Below are positions 50,960 through 61,890 of a stretch of DNA of 64,000 bases, in pieces. Origin of the DNA: Tubiluchus corallicola (Eukaryota > Animalia > Priapulida); NCBI GenBank assembly GCA_030141605.1, contig JAQGDQ010000145.1, positions 124,001 to 188,000 of the forward strand, written 5' to 3'. Made by a program: the position numbers and the translations under genes. Every line of letters begins with the position of its first letter. The stretch's first letter is position 1. The notes under the pieces are model-generated. The model saw only the letters and a list, made by a program, of their open reading frames with translations. It made no database searches and was not told the origin of the DNA.

Positions 50960-51100
50960 TTATTAAAGTTGTTTTAGATTGGTTCTTCTGATTGGATCAT
51001 TTTTTCCAATTTTTTTGGGTAACCAGTAATATTTTCTGTTACAAAAAGAAAACCAGCGTTGTTCTTTTAACGCAACACCGCGCGTAGCAAATCGAACAGC
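50960..51100. promoter_or_regulatory. Candidate CCAAT-box promoter of the MBT gene
   Basis: ATTGG at 50978 and 50991 and CCAAT at 51006, just upstream of the putative first exon (~50850). Confidence 0.35.
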
Positions 51101-51107
51101 CTAACAA

Positions 51108-51883
51108 GCTGTTACTGTTGAGCGCTGAGTAATCCACTAGCCGAAGTAGGACAATTGGCGTACATGGGCTAGCCCAAGTAGGACGCGTCGTACATCAAGT
51201 AGGACACTAGAGAAGGGTCACAAATTGAATCGTTAACCGTACTGGCAGCACCCGTTGTCCATGTTTCTTTAATAATAATAACTGAAAACGTCAAAAACGT
51301 TGAATAATTTATTATATATCTGGTAAAATAAAAGAATCTTATTTTGAGTTAGTAAAATTTCCAATATTAAATTTGGCTTCAATATTAATCTTTTTGAAGT
51401 GAAATAAGCCCACTTCTTAGGCGATTCCAACATTTGCTTAAGGTATATCACTTTTATTTTGTCTCGCTTCACAGACAGGTGACTCGTTTCACTACCTCTT
51501 GGGCAAATAATTGTTTTCTACTAAGTAAATGGGCTAGCGAGCTATGTGCCCTACATAGTTCCCCTCTTTAAAGCATTAGATACTTAGTTGAATGTTATGA
51601 TGATGTTAATGGAGCTAATAATAATAATGATGATATTACTGTAAAAAACACATTGTAAATTGTCAAGGAGTATCCATCATTATTATAAAGTCACTTTTTT
51701 CTAAAACAAATTTAGTTTTACGTTTCATTATGTCATAATTCTCGACAGCAATCGCCAGCGTCCTACTTGGGCTCAATGGACTGCCCATGTACGTCGCTGC
51801 TTTTCCGCAAATTTAGCACATGCGTTTTACCGGAAGTATCCTTCTTCGGCTAGTGGTTTACTAGGCGCCCTACAGTTACAGCT
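51108..51883. mobile_element. Foldback non-autonomous DNA element A
   Basis: Imperfect ~45-bp TIR GCTGTTACTGTTGAGCGCTGAGTAATCCACTAGCCGAAGTAGGA / TCCTTCTTCGGCTAGTGGTTTACTAGGCGCCCTACAGTTACAGC. Confidence 0.75.
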
Positions 51884-51897
51884 TTTTCTGATCTAGA

Positions 51898-52888
51898 TGT
51901 TGGGAGCCGTTTGGACCACTGCGCCAAGTAGACCAATTGGTCTACTTGGGCTAGCCCAAGTAGGACACTAGAGACAGGTCGTGAATTCAGTCGTTAAGTG
52001 TACTGACACCGTCCGTTGTGCTTGTTTAGTAATAATAATAATTAAGGGGGTGGTGTTTTTGGGTTTTTTTTTTGGGTTTGGAAACGTTTCAAGTTGATTG
52101 ATTTAGTTTATACATCTAATAAAATAGATTAAATTTATTCGTGTTTGGTTTGGGGGGGTTTGTGTGTTTGTTGGTTGAGCTGGTAACTGACTAGTATTTT
52201 TTGGTTTAGATAGTTACTGTCATAGAGATTGAAGTAGCTAACTGCAACTAGCTGTTTTTTGGGGGTAGAAAATTTCGTGTTACATAGCTGTCCCTGTAAG
52301 CTATCTTAATCAATCAGAGTTCGTGTGTGTGTGTGTGTTGATAATTGTTCTAGAAATACACGTTAAAGTTATTGATATCTATATGTCCTACATGGGCTAG
52401 CGAGCCATGTAGGACAGTGCCCTACATGTTACAATACTACTGATAATATTAAAACTAATTATCCTTGCTTTTCTTAAATGTTAAAAATTACTTTTTGGTG
52501 TTGTGAAGGCTTAGCAGCAGCTATCTCATTTTTAAATTTGCAATTATTTCTGTAATAACTGTGTGCAGAATTTCTCTCTTTAAAGCATTAGATACTAGGT
52601 TTAATGTTATGATATATTAATGGAGTTAATCATAATGATGAAATTATTGTAAGAAATGCATTTGTAAATTGCCAAGGAATATCCATTTCTAAAAGAAATT
52701 TTGTTTTATGCTTTATTATGTCATAACAATACTTATAAACAATGGTAATATAAACTGGAAACAAGTTTTGCCAGAGCAAGTTTCTCGACAAAAATCGTTA
52801 GTGTCCTACTTGGGCTGCCCATGTAGGACACTACTTTTAGCGCATCAAGTGGTCTACTTGGCGCAGTGGTCCAAACGGCTCCCAACAC
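51898..52888. mobile_element. Foldback non-autonomous DNA element B, related to A
   Basis: Perfect ~38-bp TIR TGTTGGGAGCCGTTTGGACCACTGCGCCAAGTAGACCA. The interior is colinear with element A (GGGCTAGCCCAAGTAGGAC, CTCTTTAAAGCATTAGATACT). Confidence 0.85.
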
Positions 52889-52944
52889 TAGAGTTTGTGA
52901 CGAGAAATAAAAAGATATTGTTTAAAAAACTTTAACTTATTATT

Positions 52945-55384
52945 ATGTACGTTTTAATTTGTGCTGATTTATCATTATAAAGGTTTTTAAATAGATAAAT
53001 ATGTCTGTCTTTTGGCAAATATAACATTTGTATCATTATTCAGTTTATGCATCAATTTTGTGTTGTGAAGAAGCTGCTATCAATGAGAAACTATTTCTAG
53101 GTTGTAAATTATTGCCATGTATCAGAACACAATTTATATAAGATGTTTTCCTTGACAGGACTGACTACTGGAAGTCAACACCTAGAAAATTTTGTGATTT
53201 TTGCAAATGTTGGTTAACAGACAATAAACCTGTAAGTATTCTGTGTAGAGTGCTAGGTGTTACAGACAATAAACCTGTAAGTATTCTGTGTAGACTGATA
53301 CATGTTACAGACAATAAACCTGTAAGTATTCTGTGTAGACTGATACATGTTACAGACAATAATCCTGTAAGTATTCTGTGTAGACTGCTACATGTTACAG
53401 AAAATAAACCTGTAAGTTTTCTGTGTAGAGTGCTACATGTTTGAATAACCAGAAGAAATTATAGACAAGTTTAATCAAGTAAGTGAAAGGAAAGTGCACT
53501 GCGCATTTATTATTTATAGGGAACGAGTTTACATATCCTTGAACAATTTACATACCAAAGTTTCACATATTTTGTGCTTTCTGAAAGCTGCTGGTTGCTG
53601 ATGCTTTAGGATATTTCATAGCATCATCACAGCATCTTTAAAGACTTTATAACAATAGAAAGACACACGCTTGGTTCAAAAGCTTTTACCTAAGTTTAAA
53701 AAAACTGATGTAAAGGGCGACAATAAAAAGTACTTCTGTTTCTGTCTAATCGCACGAGTAAAATTTTTTATTGCAGACCCGCCTAGGAATTTTATAACTT
53801 TTTTGTTTATTCATTTACTTACCTGACATTGTCCTGTAAAAGTGTATTTTTTTAATTTAAATGTAAAACGCGATAATTATTATAACGTCGTTTCGGCGAT
53901 GACGCAGTTATGTTTTTCAATGGCTAACTCTTGGCAAGGGTTACGATTTTGTATGATGCTGATTATTGTTTTAGATGCTGAAAAGTTTGGTTTTTTCTGC
54001 CAAATAAGCATACTAATGGCCGAGAGGTGCTGTAGCTTATACCGTTATTCTCAGTTCATATGTTCACACAAAATAATACAAAAAACAGACAATACAATAA
54101 TCGATACTTTCACGATAATTTAGTTAATGCCAAACAATTAACTAAAAAACAAAGTGTGAAAAATATTTGTAAAAAATTTAAAACATTACTGCTAACCAGC
54201 AGGAAATGAACAAACTTTGATTTCAACTGATTCACATTCACAAAGCTCTAAAAAAATTCCTCCCTTCCTAGCTGGCAAGACATACTAGTACTACATTAAT
54301 GCTTACTTCATTAATTTAGAGCATTGAGTTTCATGAAAGGGGAAAGCGGCATCAGGATAATGTCAAGAAGAGGATTTTGGAGGTCCGCAAAAAAGGTGAA
54401 GAGCGACACCAAGCTCAACTGGAAGAGCAGAGCGATTTAGTAGCAATGGAAGCAGTAAGTTGGTGAATTTACATCATTTTTATTTTGTCATCCTGCTCTG
54501 ATAAGTTAACCACAATTTGATGTTTGCTGGAACAGATGATCATTTGTGAAGAATGGCTTTTTTGAATTGTAAACTAATTAAAACAGAACGTAGTTGAATT
54601 TTTGCATAATTGTTCTTAAATAGGGTTATATGATATGTAGATTCATGACCAAAAACAACCAATGCAATTATTCATTGCATACAACAACCTGTATAATGCA
54701 TTTGTAAAGGTTAAGGTAGAATGACCTTATACAAAATGACTTGTCAAGTGGTGTTTACCTAGGCATCTAGAATGCATTATGCGTTATCTACCTGTGGAAT
54801 AGCTGCACAAAAAAATTACGCATAACGCCTGTTAAATGGGTACATTGAGAACTTATATTATTTTATCTATTCCTCACATGAATTCCGGATGCCAGGTAAA
54901 CACCATTTCAGAGCACTTCATCTCTCTAATGCCCTCGTAAGTCCAGTATAAAATTATCACTTCAAAATTATTTCAGTTTGTAATACACCATCTGTGAATG
55001 AAAATATGGCATTAAGAAATATTTATGGCAATTTTAAGATTGTTACATCAGGGGTACTGACATCAAATAATTGTTTAGCAATGCTTTTATTACTTAAGTG
55101 TTTGTTTTTTTACTGTTTCAATTCTAACCATAGCATTTATCTTACTGTATTATTTTAGGCCGCTCTTGCAGCTGTACAGAAGGATTTAGCTTCCGGTGAT
55201 CCAAATCTTGCATCGGCCTATGGAGTAGAAATATCTACAGATAAATCATGTGTGTTGTGTTCACTATTTTCAATTGTTATGAATAGACAGCATTCCTCAT
55301 GAACATGAATCAACCAATTCTAAAGTAAACTGCATTACTAATGGCTTATACACACATACATGTGTGTGTGTGTGTGTGTGTATG

Positions 55385-55427
<43 letters not shown>

Positions 55428-58400
55428 ATGCATGCATGCATGTATGTATGTATATGTATATAGACAGTTATATATACGTATATATGAACATCATACTAAT
55501 GTTTTTAGTGCAGCAAAATGGCCAGTGACACTGGTGTTATTATTTCAGTTGTTGTCAAAACGCATATTTGATAATTGATGATTCCTAGATATTGAAAAAT
55601 AAGTTATGTTCTTGCATAACAAAATCGTCCACAAGTCGGTAATTAAGCTTTTCTAGTTATTCACATTTCCTGAATCTCCATTTCAAGAGGATCATTTTGA
55701 TACCAAGTTCATCGCTCTATGTTATTTCTAAGCTGAGCTAATCCATGTTGAACTTGAGGTGCATGCTGCAAAAATATAACCTTAAGAAAATTGCTGTTAA
55801 CCCTTAGCTGACCAAGGGGTTTTTATATTACACTAAAGACCAAGCGGGGTAAAAAATTACCCCATGAGAGTTTTGCTTTATATGTGCTACTAACTGGATA
55901 GAATGAGCAACTGGTAACTGAGGTGCTCTTATCAGTACAAAACCAAGATCTGTGGCAAGTTGGCATAGATATATGAGGGCACGAAGGATAAAAAAGGTTT
56001 TCCAGCATTTCACTATATTGTTTATACTGTATTATTTATGCTTGGCTTTTCAAGACTTGTGAAAATTTTTATAATAGCCTAACGATATTCGCTATTTAAT
56101 TCTAAGACATCCACTTCGTCTTCACTTGCTGGATCTAAAATTTTATTTCCATCAGCTTCAAGTTTAATGTGTCCACAAACTTTAATATGAAATTTCCTCA
56201 GCAGATCGATTGAAAAATCTCTTTGCAGAACTGCAGGCCGAATTGGAGGTTTGTAGGACTTCGCAATTTTAAAAGTAAATACACACTGCTGCCAGAAAGA
56301 TAAGTACTACAAAGTAGATTCCAAAATTTTGTCTACATAAAAGACCAAGATGGCTAATAAGTTACTCCATATCAGGTAGTATATGGCACCCGCACTTTGT
56401 AAAAAAGCATGAATAATACTTTTCAACAAAACCAGGGTATGGTTGCATAATAAATCGAACAATATTTAATCACTATTAGTTTGAAAATTTTTCCGCCACC
56501 TTGGAAAATATAGTTTTATATTTGAAAATATAAAAAATGTGAACAAACACTCCTGGGGTAATTTTTCCCCCACCTTGGTCGGCTGAGGGTTAAAGTTAGC
56601 CATTGTTTTTGCGGCGTTTCTACAAAACGCTTAGCAACCGCACAAATGTTGGTTGCTACGGACTTTGCAAGAGCACCTTGAAGTTATGTTTAAATCCAGT
56701 AGATGGCTCTTTCTGATGAAGATCTGGGCTTAGCAACAAAGAAAAAACAAAGGAAAATTACAACTTCCACGAGTTACAATCGGAGTTTGAAAATAAGAGT
56801 TTTTTACAATTGCATTACTAGTTTCTAGATAGAAAAGTGGGTAAGGAGTTGATGCTATTTAGCATTGGTTTTTATAAAATACGAAAAACGAATGACATTT
56901 CACCAAATCTTTGGGTCATCCTACTTTGAAGCATCATAACGTAGTTTTAACTATGCCGACTTATGGACGGTTTTGGTATGCAAGCACACAGTTAATAAAC
57001 TCATGAGTCAAATCAAGCAGTTTTTAAAATGCTCAGTTGCAAGAGTGTTAGTGCTGTAATCGTCTAAGTGGCCCAAACTACTTTCTAAACTAACAAGCAA
57101 TGGTTTGGCTTCAGAGTGGATTCACAAAACTTTTTCCTTCATCTTTTTCAATTTCTCGCTTGTAACTCTGCCTCTTTTGCTTTGCATTGTCACGTAAGAT
57201 ACAGTATATTCTTAACACCAATATTAACAATGTTGGTATTAGCAATTTTATTAATCGATATTTTGAAACGACTCAAATCGATAAAGGCATTGGTCGGGTT
57301 CATCAATTTTAGTGTTTTATTACCGTATTTTCCCGTGTATAAGAGACCCTTTTTTGCTCAGAATTTTCACTTTAAAAATAGGGGGTCTCTTATACATGGG
57401 AGTAAGTCTTTTCAATAAGATGCATAAATTGTGACACTAATGATTTTAAAGAAATAAGTGCTCTACAACTGTTTTGCGTGTCGCGTTCGACTATGAAGCG
57501 GTTGTAAGCAATACAAGCATCGTGACACAGGCATTATCTCCTCGTTTTCTCTTTTCCTGTTACAGGTTTGCAGGTACGCACTTTAATATATACCAGTACT
57601 CTTTTTCTACAACACATTAACTGGTTTTATTTTGTTTTCAGTACCGCACTGAGTTGAAAAAAGTTGTACTTTACCCTCTAAAAATGTCCGTCTGAAAAAA
57701 CTTTTTTCCAGAATTTTTGCCTAAAAATTGAAGGGGTCTCTTATACACGGGAAAATACGGTAGATTTAAACTGGTGTGCCAGATGACGTAATAGTAAAAG
57801 AATACTAAAATAGATGTATTGATTTTTGTGCTGTCGTAGCTGTCTTTGATGATAAAAGCTGAATGTTTTACAGTATTGTCTAGTCAACCAGTTGGCAATG
57901 AAACTTGCGAAACTGCTGAGGCAGAATCAGAGTGGGTAGAAGCAAGAACAGAAGAAGGATATACATATTACTGGCATAGAAGAACAAAAGGTTGACTACT
58001 TTGCACCCCTCATTGATGATTATGTATTTTTTAATTAGCTATTACTAATATTATTGTCATCACCATCAGCATCTGCATGGTTCATATTATTGTGTGTCTA
58101 GTTTAAAAAATCCAGTTCTGCAAATTTAATCCATACTCATTTATACAATATAGGTTTATGGATTATGTCAGCTAGTTTTTCACTTTTACTGATCTAAACT
58201 CTTGATCTATTGACGCTGTATTAGTCCACCTTAATTCATTTTTATTTTTAAATGCTAAGTAAGAATTTTTTGGATGCTAGGTTTCCTTTGCTTTTTTGAT
58301 AACATGGTTCAGCTTGCAATTAAGATACTGGATAATTATGTTTCTTCCAATATTTGTTGTAAAGACCTAAGAGCAATAGTCGAGAATGCTAATTTTCATT

Positions 58401-59951
58401 GGACCATATTTTGAAACCAACCACACAGATTTATAAATGTAGTTGTTTTGATTATTGAGACATTGATTTGGAAAACGTATTCTACACATGAATTTTTCCT
58501 GTCACATTAAATTTTGAATGGCATAATTTTTGTGCTTAAGCTGGTGCTTCAAGTCAGCTATGCAGTAAGTCAACTGACATTCTCATTTAGTATAATTTTA
58601 TATCTGAGCACAGCATTTGTATATAAAGCTCCATGTATGCATGTATTACGTGTGCAATTAGCCATACAAGGAAATAAAAAGTAATTTAAATCGTTTTATT
58701 ATAGAAACAACATGGAATCCTCCAGCAGAATATATACCTATCAAGAGTCAGCAGGTAGAAACAAAGAAGAAAGAAAAAGAAGAAAAAGTAAGTTTGCTTA
58801 GCATTTTATTACATATAGCCAACATAGCTATGTAGAACTAACAGGTATGCAAAAGTAGCTGTGAAATGAAACGTGACGCACAGTCCACAAATGTGATTTT
58901 TGGACACACGTATAATTTGAGTTACTTTGAGTTCTAATAGTGACAATAAGACTGATATATAAAGATTTCTGCTGTTGTGCAGAAGTCTGTAGAATAGCTA
59001 TAGTGATTTGCAAACTTTATGGAATCGAAGCAATAGTATGTTCGCATTTTCACTCTTGCAACTACCAAAGTCCTTCTGTAGTCACAATTCCTTCATGGAT
59101 TCATATTTAATAGAATTAACCATATTAGTCACCAGCTTATAATACTTTTATTTCATACGATAATATGACATTTTTAAAATAAGATCAATACTTTATTGTC
59201 ATATATTACAAATCTTGGCATAGTTATGAAAAAAATAAAAAATTCCCGATTAATAATAATTATGTTTGTTGTGTAGACACACAAGCATACCTAGATGTCA
59301 GTGCATATCCCAATTGACTTAAATAGCTAGAATGTACTTCGAAGTACATTAAAATATGTCATATTTTCTTTATGGACATTTGGTCTTTTTGCTGAAACCA
59401 TTGTCACCAGATGCTGCAGAATGTCTATATGTGTGTAGGAGCTGTAGTTTATTATGCTAACACACGACACAAAATAAAAACTTGTGTAACTGAGTAGTTG
59501 AAATAATTTTATAGAAAGAGTCATCTAGTGGCAAAAAGCGAAAACAGAAAAATGACAGTCAAGATATGGTTACAACAGTGAAAAATTCCAAAGTGAGACA
59601 AACACCATATGGTGAATGGGAGCCAGCACTGCACACGTAAGCATACTTCATTGTTTTCCTAAATTGAAGTTTTGTTTGTAATACCATTTGAATCTTTTTT
59701 CATTGATAATGCTGCACCCGATTAATGTTTTTCCCTTTAGGGAAGAACCTGTAGTCGATTTAGAGCTACCTGTCGTCCAGACAAACGAGATTTCACTTCC
59801 TACCATTCCGGAAGAGAGGAAATCGAAACTTTTTAAAGAAAAAACCGTCACGTCGTTAGGAAAGCCATCAGAAAATATGCCACGTATTGTTTTCAAAAAA
59901 AGAAAGGTCACTTCTGGAGTGCAGAATCTTCGACAGAAGGAGGACAGCTGA
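52945..59951 (+). CDS. WBP4: WW domain-binding protein 4 (FBP21), spliceosomal B-complex protein, ~277 aa
   Basis: Exons AT 52945-52946 (inferred), 53159-53231, 54320-54454, 55159-55249, 57874-57990, 58705-58787, 59515-59636 and 59741-59951; phases are consistent. MTDYWKSTPRKFCDFCKCWLTDNKPSIEFHERGKRH (matrin/U1-type zinc finger), WW domain (WVEARTEEGYTYYWHRRTKETTWNPP), PYGEW, VDLELP, FKEKTVTSLG, VFKKRK..NLRQ. Confidence 0.93.
53215..53441 (+). repeat. 45-bp tandem repeat (5 copies) spanning the WBP4 exon 2 / intron 2 boundary
   Basis: Unit ACAGACAATAAACCT|GTAAGTATTCTGTGTAGACTGATACATGTT; GT at 53232, 53277, 53322, 53367 and 53412. Confidence 0.97.
54748..54906. mobile_element. Harbinger-like MITE (copy 3, inverted and shortened)
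   Basis: AGTGGTGTTTACCTAGGCATCTAGAA ... TTCCGGATGCCAGGTAAACACCAT. Confidence 0.7.
55348..55485. repeat. Compound microsatellite (TG)n-(CGTG)n-(CATG)n-(TATG)n
   Basis: Seen directly. Confidence 0.95.
55801..56589. mobile_element. piggyBac-type non-autonomous element
   Basis: TTAA|CCCTTAGCTGACCAAGG ... CCTTGGTCGGCTGAGGG|TTAA. The paralogous host repeat at ~27845 shows the empty site with a single TTAA. Confidence 0.88.
57323..57760. mobile_element. Tc1/mariner-pogo MITE with perfect TIR and TA TSD
   Basis: TA|CCGTATTTTCCCGTGTATAAGAGACCC ... GGGTCTCTTATACACGGGAAAATACGG|TA. Confidence 0.9.
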
Positions 59952-61890
59952 TATTGATAAAGTGATAATGCTAATATGCCTTTGTACGCAGAGGTAAATT
60001 GCTTATATCACTTATGGCAACATGAATTGCAAAGTTAGTGTTAATTGCTGTTATTATAAATTGCAGTTTATAAACTGTAGAAAGCTTTTTTTTATTTCAA
60101 CAAATGCACTTGACTTAGAATAATCAATAACTTTAGTAACACAGTTAGCTTTCTTTAATTTATTATACATTTAATATCTCATGCATTAACACTTGTAAAC
60201 TACTCATAATGTTGCATTCTAAAAAATTTGATAATACTGAAAAAAGAAAATATCACACTGTAATCACACAATTAGTATATATAATCGAATATCATTCATA
60301 GCCTAAATTAATTTTAAATTTCACGAGGCGAAAATATATAATTTAGTTATTGTTATCTTAAAGGAAAACCGCTCGACTGTATAGCATTTGTTCAAAATAT
60401 AGTGAGCTCTAAAATATTGAAAACTAAACAGGTTTTTTTAAATCAAAGTTTAGGTTAAATAATAACATTTACCTTGGACATGTTGTACAATTAAATGTTG
60501 TTCAACTTTCAAAGCTACTCGTGGCTCAGCAAATCCACTAAAACTGGCAATGGTGCCTTTTTTCACATTCATGTGGCCAACAAATAGGTGCAGTACCGTG
60601 ATAAGCATTATCATGAACTGAAGTATTCATCTGTGACATCATTGTGACATAGAGCTTCTTTTACGCAAATGTGCTTAATGCCTTCCTACTATTGCACAAA
60701 CTGTGGTTAGTTTGTGATGTAAGTGATAGCTGTGTTTGGTTACCGTTAATTAGCTTTCCAAGGCGATTATTCAAATATTAGAAATAATTGCTAACTGCTA
60801 ACTTTTATAGGCAAGAAATTTGTATTTCGGACAGTAAATTAAAATGAGATCGAGTCTAATCAATTATCTGGTTTTCCTTTAACTTAGAACTCATAAGAGC
60901 TGGTTTGTTGATTTTTTGGTAAAAATCCTGTACTGCCCTTATCGTTAAAATGAATTCTTATTCTGCAACATTTTTCATTGTTCATGTTACAAAACTAATT
61001 AACTTCCAGATTCTTAAAAAGTATTTCCCTAGAAAATTGTAAATAAATACTGTGAGACATCCAGAGGCAATAACACATTGCTAGTATGCAGTTACTGAGT
61101 ATTATACATGATATTAGCCAGAATAGATAACCAATGCATTTTAAATTTGAGCTTCATTATAATGATAATAATTGATATTAAAATACACAGCCATGTTTTT
61201 CTTGATTAGACAGTTGTGAATTTGTTGGTGGCATTTGTTACAAATGCGCTTAGGAGATTACACTCGACCACACCATCAAAAACAGCAAAACAAATAAAAG
61301 TTAAGTTTCCCATTCACACAAATGTTGCTCTTCATTCGTTTGCCCTTGTAACATTTATCTTATAGGACAGTCTGGACGAGTTAAACTGCTGCATGTTAAC
61401 TTTTGCATTGCATCCATTGGATAACAGCAGAAGTGTTAGTTTGTTTCTTCTGTCCATTCTTCAAATTCTCATTGTATGTCAGACTGTCATATCCCTTCAA
61501 AAATATCTTTTTTTACGAACTCTTCAATTGTAGAATTCTAACTACAGTGCACACTAGCAGAATAGGTCCACCTGATTCAATCTGTTGCATACTTGCTCTC
61601 CATTCAACAATTTGTGGGCTAAATTGCACATTGAGGTCATACCAAAGGTCTTAAAGATGGTACCTGTTTTTTCGTCTGTGAGCCATGCACATGGCATTAA
61701 TCAGACCATGGGGTAACACTAATAATTGGCATTTTTGCTGATTTTCTTAAATTCCCCTTCATATCGGGTAAAGTTGACGTACGTACTGAATGTAACAGTA
61801 GCTTGTCAAAGTGTTTTTGTAGTTTGTTGGCAAAACTTTGCCTTGTTGAACAGGCTTCATTCATTTTATGAACCTCCCATTATTGCGATA

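Noticed and set aside
55360-55578. Cys/Val-rich ORF
   Set aside because: Translation of the compound microsatellite.
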